Numbered from the stretch's first letter, positions 37,055 to 47,314 are shown. The stretch is 64,000 nucleotides of DNA from Polyangiales bacterium (GCA_038231275.1 JBBRLQ010000002.1:448001-512000); one strand, 5' to 3'. Notes: a model not told the origin generated them from the letters alone. Made by a program: numbers and translations.

Positions 37055-40000
37055 CTAGTCTCGCTCTTCGTGGTGCACGCGGGCTGCTGCGCGCTCGATC
37101 GCTTCGCACTCGTCGCCGCGCGAACGTGCACAGCGCACCAATGCCGATGCCTCCACCCCGGGCCTCTCGTCGGGCGCGCTTCCCGCGACGACCGCGGTGG
37201 GAACCGGCGCGAGCCCGTGGGCGGCGAGCGCGCCGTCGAGCGGACGAATTCCGGTGGCGACGACCGTGTCGACCTCCTTGGCGACCTCCTCGAGCTCACG
37301 TCGCAGCACGTCGGTGCGATCGAGGAGGTACTGCGCCGGCTTCCCCTCCCAGCCGAGCAGCGCGCCGTAGAGCATGTCGGCGTGCTCGCGGATGCGCTCC
37401 TCGCCCGTGATCGCGCCGCCCTCCTTGGTGGCCACGATCTTCTTCTTCGCTTCGTCGAGGCGTTCGATCGTCGCTTGGAGCTTCTTCACCAGCGGATCGC
37501 CGGGCGGCAGGGCCTTCACGCGCGCCTGCGCCCCGTCCTTGGCGGTCTGGATCCGGTCGATGACACCGCTCATCTCGCCGAAGAGCGCGTGGGCCTTCAT
37601 CGCCGCGTCGAACTGCGCCTTTCGCGCACCGACGTCGTAGGTCGCGCGGCGGTCGAGACCGATCGCCAGCTTCGTCTCCAGGACCTCGGTCCCCTTGGTG
37701 AGCCGCACGGTGTACGTCCCGGGCACGACGCGCGGGCCCTGCGACGCCGAGAACGCGAGCTGCGCGGCGCGCGGCACACGCGGCGGCTTCACCTGCATCG
37801 ACCACGCGACGCGGTTGATGCCGCGACGCTTCGTGGTCGGCACCGTGTCGACGACCTTGCCCGCCTCGTCGAGGATCTCGAGCTTCAAGGGCCCGAAGAG
37901 GTGCCGCGTCCGCTGGTAGTACGTGATGACGGCGCCGCCCGTCGGGTTGTGGCCGGCAAAGACCGCGTCACCTTCGGCCCAGCCGCCGCTTCCGCGCAGG
38001 CGCTGCTGCGCCGGCCGTCCGGGCAAGAACGCCGCCGACGACGCGAGCGTCTCCTGCGCCAGCGCGCGAAGAGGCGTCAAATCGTCCAAGATCCAGATGC
38101 CGCGCCCGTGCGTCGCGATGACGAGATCGTTGTCACGCGGATGCACTTGCACCTCGCGCACCGCGACGCTCGGGAAGTCTCCGCCCTTGAACTCCGTCCA
38201 CGCCGCGCCGCCGTCGACCGATATCCAGAGCCCTTGCTCGGTGCCGAGGAAGAGGAGCTGCGCCTTCGCGGTGTCCTCCTTGATGACGTGCGCGTAGCCG
38301 CGTACGCCCTTCGCGGGCGACACGATCCGCGTCCACGATTTCCCGAAGTCGGTCGTCTTGTAGACCGACGGAGTCATGTCCCCGAAGGTGTGGCGATCGA
38401 ACGCGGCGTAGGCGGTGCCCGGCTCGAAGCGGCTCGCCTCGACCCAGCTCACCCACGACCGCGGCTGCCCGACGACGTTGCGGATGACGTTGTCCCACGT
38501 CTTGCCGCCGTCCTTCGTGATCTGCAGGTTCCCGTCGTCGGTGCCGACCCAGATGACCTTGCCGTCGAGCGGCGACTCGCTGATCGAGTAGATCGTCGTG
38601 TGCATCTCCGCGGACGAGTTGTCGATCGTGACGCCGCCCGATTGCTCCTGCTTTTGCTTCTCTTTGTCGTTCGTCGTCAGATCCGGCGAGATGCGATCCC
38701 ACGAGTCGCCGCGATCGCGCGAGCGGAACAGGAACTGCGCGCCGATGTAGATCGTCCCCTTCTGCGTCGGGCTGGCGTGGATGGGCGTGTTCCAGTTGAA
38801 GCGCAGCTTCTCGTGGAAGCCCGCCTTCGGCTGGATGTCGCGCGCGACCAGCGTCTTGCGATCGACGCGGCCGATGTGCCCGCCTTGTGACTCGGCGTAG
38901 ACCGCGTCGGGGTCGAGCGGGTCTACGATGGTCCAGAAGCCGTCGCCGTCGAACAGGTTCTCCCATCGGTGGTTCGAGATGCCGCCGGGATACGCCGAAT
39001 CGCCAGCCCACGAGCTGTTGTCCTGGAGGCCGCCGTACACCTGGTACGGGTCCTTCGCGTCGACGCTCACGTGGTAAAATTGGGAGACCGGAAGGTTGTT
39101 CGACTTCCACCAGCGGCTGCCGCCGTCGTGGGAGGTCCAGAGGCCGCCATCGTCGATGCCGATGAGGTGCTTGGTGTTGCCCGGATCGATCCAGACGTCG
39201 TGCCAGTCGCCGTGCGAGCCGCCCGAGGTGTCGGCGAAGCTGCGGCCGCCGTCCTCACTGACGATGACGTTGAGCCCCGCCTTGAAGAGGTGCTCGGGGT
39301 TGGTGGGGTCGACGATGAGCCGGGCGAAGTAGAACGGGCGCCAGACCATGTGCTGACTCTTGTCGCGCTGCTCCCAGGTGACGCCGCCGTCGCTCGAGCG
39401 GAAGAGCGCGGAGTCGGTCGACTCGATCATCGCGTAGACGATCTTCGGATCGCTCGGTGCGATGACGACCTCGGTGCGACCCCACGGGGTCTTGGGGAGC
39501 CCCTTGTTCGCGGCGGCGGTGAGGAGGGTCCACGATTTGCCGCCATCGGCCGTGCGGTAGAGGCCGCTGCCGCTGGGTGAGGTGGGTCCCTCGCCGCCCG
39601 AGCGGAACGTCCAGCCTTTGCGGCGGAAGTCCCAGGTCCCGGCGAGGAGCACGTCGGGGTTCTGCGGATCCATCGTGACGCCGGAGCAGCCGGTGGACGC
39701 GTTGGCGCCTTTGAGGACGAGCGCCCAGTGCTTGCCGCCGTCGGTGGTCTTGTAGAGACCGCGCTCGGCGCTGTCGCTCCATAGCTTGCCGGGGACACAC
39801 GCGTAGACCACGTCGCCGTTCTTCGGGTGCACCAGGATCTTCGTGATGCGCTCGGACTCGGGGAGGCCCATGTTCGTCCACGTGGCGCCGGCGTCCGTGG
39901 ACTTGTAGATGCCGTCGCCGATCGACACCGAGTTGCGTGTCCAGGTTTCGCCGGTGCCGACCCACACCGTCCGCTTATTTTGAGGGTCGACGGCGATGGC

Positions 40001-41035
40001 GCCGATCGACTGGACCGGCATCTTGTCGAAGACGGGGCGGAACGTGGTGCCGCCGTCGAGGGACTTCCACACGCCGCCGCTCGCCGCGCCCGCGTAGACG
40101 ACGGTCTTGCCGCCCTCCACGTAGGCCGCGATCGCCGCGACGCGCCCGCTCATCTGCGCGGAGCCGATGTTGCGCGCGCCGAGCCCCGAGAGGATGCCTG
40201 CGTCGAGCACGGGAGGGCGCGCGGCGGCGGGCGCGCGCGAGGCGACCGCCGGACCGGCGGAGATCGCCGTCGAGACGAGCGCGCGCGCGACCTTGCCGGA
40301 CGGGAACTTGAAGAGGCCGTCGTCGAGCTCCACGTTCGCCTCGGCGCGCGAGTACGTGAGGCGGAACGTTCGAGGACCGCCCTTGCGCCCCGACTCTGCC
40401 GAGAGCGCCATCCACACGCCCTCGATCTGCTCGTAGCCGCCGAGGTCGGTCTCGGTGATGCGCTCGGTGCCGCGCACTTTGCGCTCCATCACGGTGCGGA
40501 TTTCGAGGAAATAGTCGGGATCGAGGTACGTGTATTGTACATCCCCGTCCTTGAAGGTGATCCGGAGCTTGTGCGCGAGGGTGCCGTCGATGTCCTCGGT
40601 ACCGAGGTAGTCGACCTTGTGCCCCTTGGTCTTCCAGTCGACGAGCGGGCCGTCGATGTCGGCGTCCTGCGCCAGCTCCTTGGCCTCGTCGGCCGAGACC
40701 TTGAACGCGTCGACGCGCCCCTGGAAGGGCTCGACCTTCCACCCCTCGGCGCCGTCGAACGCGTCGACGGCGGTGAGTCCCTGGATGCCGACCTCGACGC
40801 GGAGTTTGCCGCCGCGCTTGTTGCCGACGGCGAACGACGCCTCGATGCTGCTGTCGCCGAAGCCGAACGTCGCGGTCCCGGTCAGGCGCAGCGACTTGAT
40901 CGCGCGGAGCTTGTCGACGCCCCCGCGGGCCTCGAGGCTCTTGGCGACGATCTCGTCGACGGTCATCGCCGCGCCGAGGTCTCCGGCACGGAAGAAGAGC
41001 ACGCAAGCGAGCAGGCACGCGGCGACGAATCTCAT
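37055..41035 (-). CDS. Secreted VPS10/BNR-repeat beta-propeller protein with N-terminal LolA-like domain
   Basis: Signal peptide. A ~220-aa IVAKSLEARGG...DDGLFKFP domain, then about 11 Asp-box repeats (S/TxDxGxxW/F) and GGLQDN. Confidence 0.88.
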   Translation of the reverse strand: MRFVAACLLACVLFFRAGDLGAAMTVDEIVAKSLEARGGVDKLRAIKSLRLTGTATFGFGDSSIEASFAVGNKRGGKLRVEVGIQGLTAVDAFDGAEGWKVEPFQGRVDAFKVSADEAKELAQDADIDGPLVDWKTKGHKVDYLGTEDIDGTLAHKLRITFKDGDVQYTYLDPDYFLEIRTVMERKVRGTERITETDLGGYEQIEGVWMALSAESGRKGGPRTFRLTYSRAEANVELDDGLFKFPSGKVARALVSTAISAGPAVASRAPAAARPPVLDAGILSGLGARNIGSAQMSGRVAAIAAYVEGGKTVVYAGAASGGVWKSLDGGTTFRPVFDKMPVQSIGAIAVDPQNKRTVWVGTGETWTRNSVSIGDGIYKSTDAGATWTNMGLPESERITKILVHPKNGDVVYACVPGKLWSDSAERGLYKTTDGGKHWALVLKGANASTGCSGVTMDPQNPDVLLAGTWDFRRKGWTFRSGGEGPTSPSGSGLYRTADGGKSWTLLTAAANKGLPKTPWGRTEVVIAPSDPKIVYAMIESTDSALFRSSDGGVTWEQRDKSQHMVWRPFYFARLIVDPTNPEHLFKAGLNVIVSEDGGRSFADTSGGSHGDWHDVWIDPGNTKHLIGIDDGGLWTSHDGGSRWWKSNNLPVSQFYHVSVDAKDPYQVYGGLQDNSSWAGDSAYPGGISNHRWENLFDGDGFWTIVDPLDPDAVYAESQGGHIGRVDRKTLVARDIQPKAGFHEKLRFNWNTPIHASPTQKGTIYIGAQFLFRSRDRGDSWDRISPDLTTNDKEKQKQEQSGGVTIDNSSAEMHTTIYSISESPLDGKVIWVGTDDGNLQITKDGGKTWDNVIRNVVGQPRSWVSWVEASRFEPGTAYAAFDRHTFGDMTPSVYKTTDFGKSWTRIVSPAKGVRGYAHVIKEDTAKAQLLFLGTEQGLWISVDGGAAWTEFKGGDFPSVAVREVQVHPRDNDLVIATHGRGIWILDDLTPLRALAQETLASSAAFLPGRPAQQRLRGSGGWAEGDAVFAGHNPTGGAVITYYQRTRHLFGPLKLEILDEAGKVVDTVPTTKRRGINRVAWSMQVKPPRVPRAAQLAFSASQGPRVVPGTYTVRLTKGTEVLETKLAIGLDRRATYDVGARKAQFDAAMKAHALFGEMSGVIDRIQTAKDGAQARVKALPPGDPLVKKLQATIERLDEAKKKIVATKEGGAITGEERIREHADMLYGALLGWEGKPAQYLLDRTDVLRRELEEVAKEVDTVVATGIRPLDGALAAHGLAPVPTAVVAGSAPDERPGVEASALVRCARSRGDECEAIERAAARVHHEERD

Positions 41036-41060
41036 GGTGGGGCATGATACGACGAACTGC

Positions 41061-41465
41061 GTGCACGACGACCTGGATCCGGAGGAGCGGGCCAAGCTCA
41101 AGCGCAAGGCGAAGATTCGGCTCGGCGTAGCCCTATTCATCGCGGCGCTGGCGACGTTCGCGTGGGTGTACGTGCGGTACCTCGCGCCGAAGGCGGGGCT
41201 CGGCGGGCCGTGCCGCTACGCGATGAACTGCCGCGCGGACGCGCCGCGCTGCATGCGCCCTTCGATCGACGAGGACGGCGTGTGCAGCCGCCCCTGCGCG
41301 CCGCCCGAGGTCGATTGCGCGGAGGGGATCCGCTGCCTCGAGATCGAGCTCGACGACGAGCGGGACGCGCGAGGGATGCCGGCGAAGGGGGGCTACTGTT
41401 TTCCGCGCGCATTCCTGGACGCGCGCAAGAAGAAGCCGGCGCGCGACGCGGGGGCCGCGCGGTAG
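41061..41465 (+). CDS. Small membrane-anchored Cys-rich protein
   Basis: Basic N-terminus, one TM helix and 8 Cys (C..C..C..CSRPC..C..C..GYC). GTG start. Confidence 0.7.
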   Translation: MHDDLDPEERAKLKRKAKIRLGVALFIAALATFAWVYVRYLAPKAGLGGPCRYAMNCRADAPRCMRPSIDEDGVCSRPCAPPEVDCAEGIRCLEIELDDERDARGMPAKGGYCFPRAFLDARKKKPARDAGAAR

Positions 41466-41568
41466 TCCTTCACGTATCCGGAAGGCGGGCTCGTGACCGC
41501 CTCTTCTGTTCCAACGTGTCCGCCGTACTCGAGCCGGACGCTCACGACGACGCCGGACGCGGGTGAAA

Positions 41569-42222
41569 TCAGCCCTGCGGCATGGGCTCGAAGGCCGCGC
41601 CCAGACCTTCGAGCCGCGCCCACACTTCGCTGACCAGCGCGCCCACGCCCTCCGCCGTCGAGCCTGCGTACCGCGCGAGGACGAGCTGCGTGCGCAGCGC
41701 CTCGAGCAGCTCGGCCAGCTCATCGAGCGCGCGTCCGTCCGCCGCGCGGAGCTCGTCGAGGCGAACCAGGCTCTCGAGCTGCATCCGCGCCGTCGCGATG
41801 ACCCGCTCCGGCGCGCTGCGTGTCTCCAGATCGCGGAGGCGCTCCCGCGCGGCCGCGACGTCGAAGCCACTCTTGGCGGCGAGCGCGGCGAGCTCGTCGA
41901 GGCGGGCGGCGACGTGGCCGACCTCCTCCGCGATCCGGGCCGCGACCTTGGGCGAGAACACGTCGGCGATCGGCGAGCCTGCCACCGACTCGACCGCCGC
42001 GGCGAGCGCGTGCTCGATGCGTGCCACGGCAGCGTTGGGCGCCGCGACCGATCGGCGGCGCGGCGTCGCCAGCGCGAAGGGCGCCCAGACGGGCCAGAGC
42101 GGGATCGTCATGATCGCCGACGCCGCCACGCTCGTTCGCGAGCCCGGCGCCCGCAGCACCACGGCGATCGCGCACGCAACCCCGACGATGCCGTACAAGA
42201 GGAGGAGATCGGCGAGGCTCAC
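41569..42222 (-). CDS. Membrane-anchored coiled-coil hypothetical protein
   Basis: Two TM segments (PLWPVWAP) then a long helical region. GTGA overlap with the upstream gene. Confidence 0.75.
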   Translation of the reverse strand: MSLADLLLLYGIVGVACAIAVVLRAPGSRTSVAASAIMTIPLWPVWAPFALATPRRRSVAAPNAAVARIEHALAAAVESVAGSPIADVFSPKVAARIAEEVGHVAARLDELAALAAKSGFDVAAARERLRDLETRSAPERVIATARMQLESLVRLDELRAADGRALDELAELLEALRTQLVLARYAGSTAEGVGALVSEVWARLEGLGAAFEPMPQG

Positions 42223-42875
42223 GGCGCGAGCTCGCGGACGCTCTTGAGGAGCTGGACGGCGACGCCGCCTTCGCGCTCGTTCGTGAAGAGCGCGATGTCC
42301 TTCTGCCCCGGCGTGCCGAGGTACGGACGAAGGATCCACGCGGACTGACCTCCGACCATCAAGAAGATGGAGACGAAGAGCGCGATCGTCGTGTGCTTGC
42401 CGGGACCGTCGCCGAGCCCTCGGACGAGGAGGCTCAACGCAGCGAGGCCTGCGAGCCCGTAGGCGACGGCCGCCGCCAGCTTGATCGCGTGGTACGGCGC
42501 GCCGAGATCGATCGTGAGCCACAGCGCTGGCGCCGCGGCGAGGAGCACCAGCGAGAAGCGCGCCCCGGCGACCAGGGCCAGCGACGCGACCGTGCGAAAG
42601 CTCCACGCGCGCCCGAACGCCGCCGCCACGCCGTAGAACGCGGGCGCGCAGAGGATGAGCGTGCCGAGCATGACGAGCGGCATCTTCAGGGCCGCGAAGG
42701 CGATTTGCGGCCCGCCGTGCCAGGCGCCGACCACGCCGCCGAAGAGCGCGGCGCCGGCGGCGATGGCGAAGAGCGCGTTCCTGGCGATCGGCGCGACGTC
42801 GACGTCGTCGCGGCACTCGCGCGCGACCTCGGCGGGGTTTCGGAGGATGCGATTCAGAAGGGCGACGTCGATCAT
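42219..42875 (-). CDS. Yip1-like polytopic membrane protein
   Basis: About 5 TM segments, KMPLV...APAFY, WILRPYLG. ATGA overlap with the upstream gene. Confidence 0.75.
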   Translation of the reverse strand: MIDVALLNRILRNPAEVARECRDDVDVAPIARNALFAIAAGAALFGGVVGAWHGGPQIAFAALKMPLVMLGTLILCAPAFYGVAAAFGRAWSFRTVASLALVAGARFSLVLLAAAPALWLTIDLGAPYHAIKLAAAVAYGLAGLAALSLLVRGLGDGPGKHTTIALFVSIFLMVGGQSAWILRPYLGTPGQKDIALFTNEREGGVAVQLLKSVRELAP

Positions 42876-43519
42876 TGGACCCCCGTGAGGATGGGAAGCG
42901 TGATCCAGAACACGCGGAGCGAGAGCACGGTCGCGAAGACGAGGAAGGCGGGCACGCAGATCGCCGCGAGCGCGCGCGTGCGGGGAGAGGCGCCAGCGAC
43001 GCGCTCGCCGATCTCGCGCGAGAAGGAGCGCGCCGCGATGGCGCCCGCGAGGAGCAGCGCGCCGAAGCCCATGATCGTCACGGTGATCGTGTCTTCGACC
43101 GTGACGACGAAGAGCGCCGCCGCCGGAGCGAGGCCGCCGAGCACGAGCCCTGCGTGCGCGGCGGCCCTCGTCGTCGCGCGACCGAGCGCGAACGCGTCGA
43201 TGGGCGCGTTCGCGAGCGCCAGGACGATCGAGAACGCCGGGACCGCGAGCAGGCACACCGCCAGGATCCCCGCGGGGACGCCGAGCGCATGCGTGAAGAT
43301 GGCCGCGCCGCCGTGGCGTAGGCCGATCGCAGCGCCGAAGAGGAGCGAGAGGCCGATGGCGAGCGCCAGGCGACGCCCCTCGGCGGCCCAGCCCACCGAT
43401 GCCTCGCCGCGCAAGAGCTCTTCGGTCCACGTGTGCGAGGCGGACTCCACACGCGGAGGCGCGGGCGGAGGAGCCTCCGGCGGGGCGATCGCCGGCATCG
43501 GATGCGGGTGTACATTCAT
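42872..43519 (-). CDS. Polytopic membrane protein (distant paralog of the downstream gene)
   Basis: About 5 TM segments. LLFGAAIG..HGG and VPAF mirror ALFGGVVG.WHGG and APAF in the next gene. AAGGAG RBS. Confidence 0.75.
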   Translation of the reverse strand: MNVHPHPMPAIAPPEAPPPAPPRVESASHTWTEELLRGEASVGWAAEGRRLALAIGLSLLFGAAIGLRHGGAAIFTHALGVPAGILAVCLLAVPAFSIVLALANAPIDAFALGRATTRAAAHAGLVLGGLAPAAALFVVTVEDTITVTIMGFGALLLAGAIAARSFSREIGERVAGASPRTRALAAICVPAFLVFATVLSLRVFWITLPILTGVQ

Positions 43520-43636
43520 TGGCAAAACTCCTTGAGATGTACGTAGCTCGCGCGTTTGCAGGCCTCGGTGAGGGCGCGAGGAGACTCCGCGCAGGAATGA
43601 GGGAGATGGCCTCTGCGTTTCGTCGTGGAGGCGAAG

Positions 43637-44332
43637 ATGAACCGTCCGAGCGTCCTGGTGGTCGAGGACGACGGATCCATCGCGGACGCCGTCCTGTACG
43701 CACTCCGCAAGGATGGAATGGTCGCCGAGCCCGCGCCGTCGCTCGCGGCAGCGCGAACGCTGATGACCGGACGCGATCTGCTGATCCTCGATCTCGGTCT
43801 TCCCGACGGGAGCGGGTTCTCGCTGCTCGGTGAGCTGCGCGGCAAGGGCGCGCCGCGTGTCATCGTGCTCACGAGCCGCGACGAGGACGTCGACTGCGTC
43901 GCGGCGCTCGAAGCGGGGGCCGACGACTTCGTGACGAAACCGTTCTCGCCGCGGGCGCTCGTCGCGCGGGCGCGCGCGGTCTTGCGACGGGCGGGAGCGA
44001 GCGAGGAGGCGCCGTGCGCCGCGCGGGACGTCGAGTCGTCGGCCGGATTGTCGATCGACGCGGAGCGACGTCGCGCGACCTACGCGGGTCGTGAGGTGAG
44101 CCTCACCAAGCTCGAGTTCGATCTGCTCGCGGCCCTCGCCGCGGCGCCGGGTCGTGTTCGCACGAGGGCGCAGCTCGTCGCGCTCGTCTGGGGTGACGCC
44201 TACGCCCTCACGGAGCGCACAGTCGACTCCCACGTGAAGGGCGTCCGAAAGAAGCTCGAGGACGGCGGGGCACCTGCTGCGCTGATCGAGACGGTGCGCG
44301 GCGTCGGCTTCCGCCTCGCCGAGGGCGCGTGA
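43637..44332 (+). CDS. OmpR-family response regulator (CreB-like)
   Basis: VVEDD, DLGLPD, GADDFVTKPFS, RTVDSHVK, ETVRGVGF. Confidence 0.95.
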   Translation: MNRPSVLVVEDDGSIADAVLYALRKDGMVAEPAPSLAAARTLMTGRDLLILDLGLPDGSGFSLLGELRGKGAPRVIVLTSRDEDVDCVAALEAGADDFVTKPFSPRALVARARAVLRRAGASEEAPCAARDVESSAGLSIDAERRRATYAGREVSLTKLEFDLLAALAAAPGRVRTRAQLVALVWGDAYALTERTVDSHVKGVRKKLEDGGAPAALIETVRGVGFRLAEGA

Positions 44333-45429
44333 ACGGCGCGCTCGTGGCGGTCACCGGCGTGCTCGACCTCGGGCTCGTCGGGTTCACGCTGTTCTGCCTC
44401 CAGCGATCGCGGAGGCGCGGGGCGTCGCTTCGCCTGCGGATCTTCGCGGCGCTTGCGGTCGCGACCCTTGTGGGCGCGCTCGTGACCGGACTGTTCTCGG
44501 TGTCGATGGACACGACGATCGGCGCCCAAGCGCGCCTCGCACGCGTGATCCCGAAGGCGTTCCTGCTCACTGCGACCCTCTTGCCCCTCGCGGCGGCGGC
44601 GGCGGCGTTCGTGGGGCGAAGGCTCGCACGCTCGATGGAGGAGCTGACCGAGGCCGCGACGCGGATCGCGGAAGGCCAGCGCGGTGCACGTCTGCCGCCA
44701 GGCGACGGCGGTGAGTCACAGCGCCTCGCGCGCGCGCTCGCGAGCATGCGGCGCGAGCTCGAGGGCAAGCCCTACGCGGCGGCGTTCTTGCGCGATGCGT
44801 GGCACGATTTGAAGACGCCGGTCGCGGCGCTGCGCGCGACGCTGGAGGTGCTCGAGGACGGTGCGCTCGAGGATCCCGCGGCGGCGCGTCACTTCGTGGC
44901 GAACCTGCGGCGGTCGACCGAGCAGCTCGATCGGACGCTCGCCGATCTCGTGACGCTCGCCCGCTACGAGACGGCGAGCTTGAGCCCGGGCGGCCCCGCG
45001 GCCGTCGCGGATCTCGTGCGCGAGGCCGTCCTCCGCGTCGGGCCGCTCGCCGAGGCGCGTCACGTCACGATCGGCGCGCAGCTGGATGCGAAGGTGGCGG
45101 CGTTGCCCTGCGATCCCGACGCGCTCTCCCGCGCGCTCGGCAACTTGCTCGAGAACGCCGTGCACGCCAGCCCGGGCGGTACCGTCGGCGTCTCGATCGC
45201 AGGCGATCTTCGTGATGGCGTGGTCATCGACGTGACGAACGAGCCGTCGCGCGTCCCGCAAGAGATCCGGCGCGCCCTCTTCGAGCGCCCCGCGACGTCG
45301 CGCAAGGGCCAGGGCTCGGGCCTCGGCCTCGCGATCGCGCGGGCGGCGGTCGAGGCGCACGGCGGGCGCGTGCGCTTCGTCGAGATGGGACCACCGCGCG
45401 TCCGCGTGCGCGTCGAGCTCCCGCGTTGA
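44329..45429 (+). CDS. HAMP-domain sensor histidine kinase (CreC-like, intramembrane-sensing type)
   Basis: Three TM segments with very short loops, HAMP, HDLKTP, NLLENA, GSGLGLAI. Confidence 0.92.
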   Translation: MNGALVAVTGVLDLGLVGFTLFCLQRSRRRGASLRLRIFAALAVATLVGALVTGLFSVSMDTTIGAQARLARVIPKAFLLTATLLPLAAAAAAFVGRRLARSMEELTEAATRIAEGQRGARLPPGDGGESQRLARALASMRRELEGKPYAAAFLRDAWHDLKTPVAALRATLEVLEDGALEDPAAARHFVANLRRSTEQLDRTLADLVTLARYETASLSPGGPAAVADLVREAVLRVGPLAEARHVTIGAQLDAKVAALPCDPDALSRALGNLLENAVHASPGGTVGVSIAGDLRDGVVIDVTNEPSRVPQEIRRALFERPATSRKGQGSGLGLAIARAAVEAHGGRVRFVEMGPPRVRVRVELPR

Positions 45430-45462
45430 GGAGGGAATTTTCGCTCTGGCCGGAGGAGGAGG

Positions 45463-47280
45463 CTACGGGCAGGGAACGGAGATCGCGCCGGTCGCCGCGC
45501 CGCCTTTGAGATCGACGATCGACTCGGCGCTGACGTTGAGCGGCGTGAGGCCGCTGACGCTGTGGCACTGGAAGGCGGCGCTGCCCGGGACAGGACCCAA
45601 ATCGTTGCCCGTGATCACGGTCGGGTTGCCCGCGACGCCGGCGCCCTGCGCGTTGATCTCGATGTGTGCACCAACCACCGAATTCCCACTGACGGTTCCG
45701 CCCTTGATGTTGGGAGACGCGTACCAGGGGTGCGGCCCCAGCTCGATCCCGAAGTGACAGCCGCCCGGGCAGGAGACGTTGTTGCCCGAGAGCACGGCGC
45801 CGGTGTGATCGCCGAGCGAGGGGCTGTTGAAGTTATCGAGCATGATGGCGGCGAAGGCCGTCTGCGAGATCTGCCCGGCGTAGTTGCCGGTGTACGACGC
45901 GTTGACGCCGCCGCCGGAGATGAAGCCGACGTCGCTGTTGTCGATGAACGCGCAGCCCGTGACCTTGCCGCCGTCGCTCTTGTGGATCGTGAGGCCGTCG
46001 GACCACATGTTCTGCGTCGCGTGATCGCCGTTGCCCCAGAACACGCTATTTTTCATGGTGATCCCGTCCCCGTCCCACTCGAGGCCGGAGCCGCACAGCG
46101 CGCGCGCGGACGCCGCGCCGATGACCGTGCACGTCGCGCAGTTGGCGCCGATGTTGATGCCGTCGCCGTTGTTGCCGCTCGCGCACGCGGACGCGGCGGG
46201 GCTGGGAATCCGGGCGGCGCGGTTGCCGTCGACGAGGACGTGGTCGAGCGTGACGTTCGAGACCGTCGCGTCGATCGCGCCGAGGCGGAGGAAGCCGCGG
46301 GTGGCGGCGGCGGACGGCGAGACGGTCGCGTCGGCGCGGAGCACGGCGCATTTCGGGGCGGCGTACTCGAGGCAACTCGCCGCGTCACCGGTCGCGCCCG
46401 CGGTCGTCAACGTCATCGGCTTCGTGATGCTGACGACGCCGGAGACCCGGAAAATTCCGGGTGGAAGGGCGAGCGTGCCACCGGACAGGGTCTGATCGAT
46501 GCACGACTGGAGCGCCGTCTTCGCGTCGGCGGCGCCGGTCGGATCGGCGGTCACTCCCGGGCACAACGTCACGGCGGGAGCGGCGACGGTCTCGACGTCG
46601 ACGAGGTGCGACGGGCTCGCGTCGCCGATCCACGCGACGCCTTCGCGCATCACTTGGAACGCGTACGCGTGGGTGCCGGTGAGCGGCGGCGCGTGGATGG
46701 GGAGCACGACGGTGACGCTGTGCTGCGGCGGCACGTCGGCGGGCAGCGGGAGGCGGGTCGGCGTCCACAGCTCGAGGTCGCGCGGCGCGGAGGGTCCGAG
46801 CTTCACGCCGGTCGCCGACGTGATGGGGACGGCGGACCACGTTGTGGCGCCGCAGTTGGCGAACGTGACGCTCGCGAAGGGACGAACCCACGGCCCGACC
46901 TTGGACGCCGGCACGACCTCGCTCACGAAGACGGACTCGGGCGCGCCGCCCGCGCAGGCGTTGTAGGGCGCGACGGCGGTACGGCATTTCGTTCCATCGC
47001 ACGCGAGGCCCGTGTTGCACACGAAGTCTGCGCAGCACGCTTGGCCATCGGCGCCGCACGGAGCGGAGGCCTCCGCGGCGTCTTGGCTCGTGCCGCCCTC
47101 CGGAGCGGTCGCGTCGCCGGCGGGCGGGGGCGAGGCCCCGTCGGTCGATGCGTCACCGCCCGACGGCGCGCCTCCGTCGTCGTTGGCGGGAGCTCCATCC
47201 CCGCTGCCGCAGGCTTGGACGGATACGATTGCGAGGCCGAGGGCGAGGCCGATCGAGAGGGTTCGCACGAGAAAGCTCAT
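45463..47280 (-). CDS. Lipoprotein with Ig-like domain and right-handed beta-helix (pectin-lyase-like) domain
   Basis: Lipobox VQAC. FANCGATTW Ig-like (NBR1-type) segment. DAKTALQSCID..GGTLALPPG.F start of the beta-helix, then N/G-rich coils. Confidence 0.8.
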   Translation of the reverse strand: MSFLVRTLSIGLALGLAIVSVQACGSGDGAPANDDGGAPSGGDASTDGASPPPAGDATAPEGGTSQDAAEASAPCGADGQACCADFVCNTGLACDGTKCRTAVAPYNACAGGAPESVFVSEVVPASKVGPWVRPFASVTFANCGATTWSAVPITSATGVKLGPSAPRDLELWTPTRLPLPADVPPQHSVTVVLPIHAPPLTGTHAYAFQVMREGVAWIGDASPSHLVDVETVAAPAVTLCPGVTADPTGAADAKTALQSCIDQTLSGGTLALPPGIFRVSGVVSITKPMTLTTAGATGDAASCLEYAAPKCAVLRADATVSPSAAATRGFLRLGAIDATVSNVTLDHVLVDGNRAARIPSPAASACASGNNGDGINIGANCATCTVIGAASARALCGSGLEWDGDGITMKNSVFWGNGDHATQNMWSDGLTIHKSDGGKVTGCAFIDNSDVGFISGGGVNASYTGNYAGQISQTAFAAIMLDNFNSPSLGDHTGAVLSGNNVSCPGGCHFGIELGPHPWYASPNIKGGTVSGNSVVGAHIEINAQGAGVAGNPTVITGNDLGPVPGSAAFQCHSVSGLTPLNVSAESIVDLKGGAATGAISVPCP

Positions 47281-47314
47281 AGCACCGGCCGCGGCCGGCG
47301 GTATCTTCGGGGCC

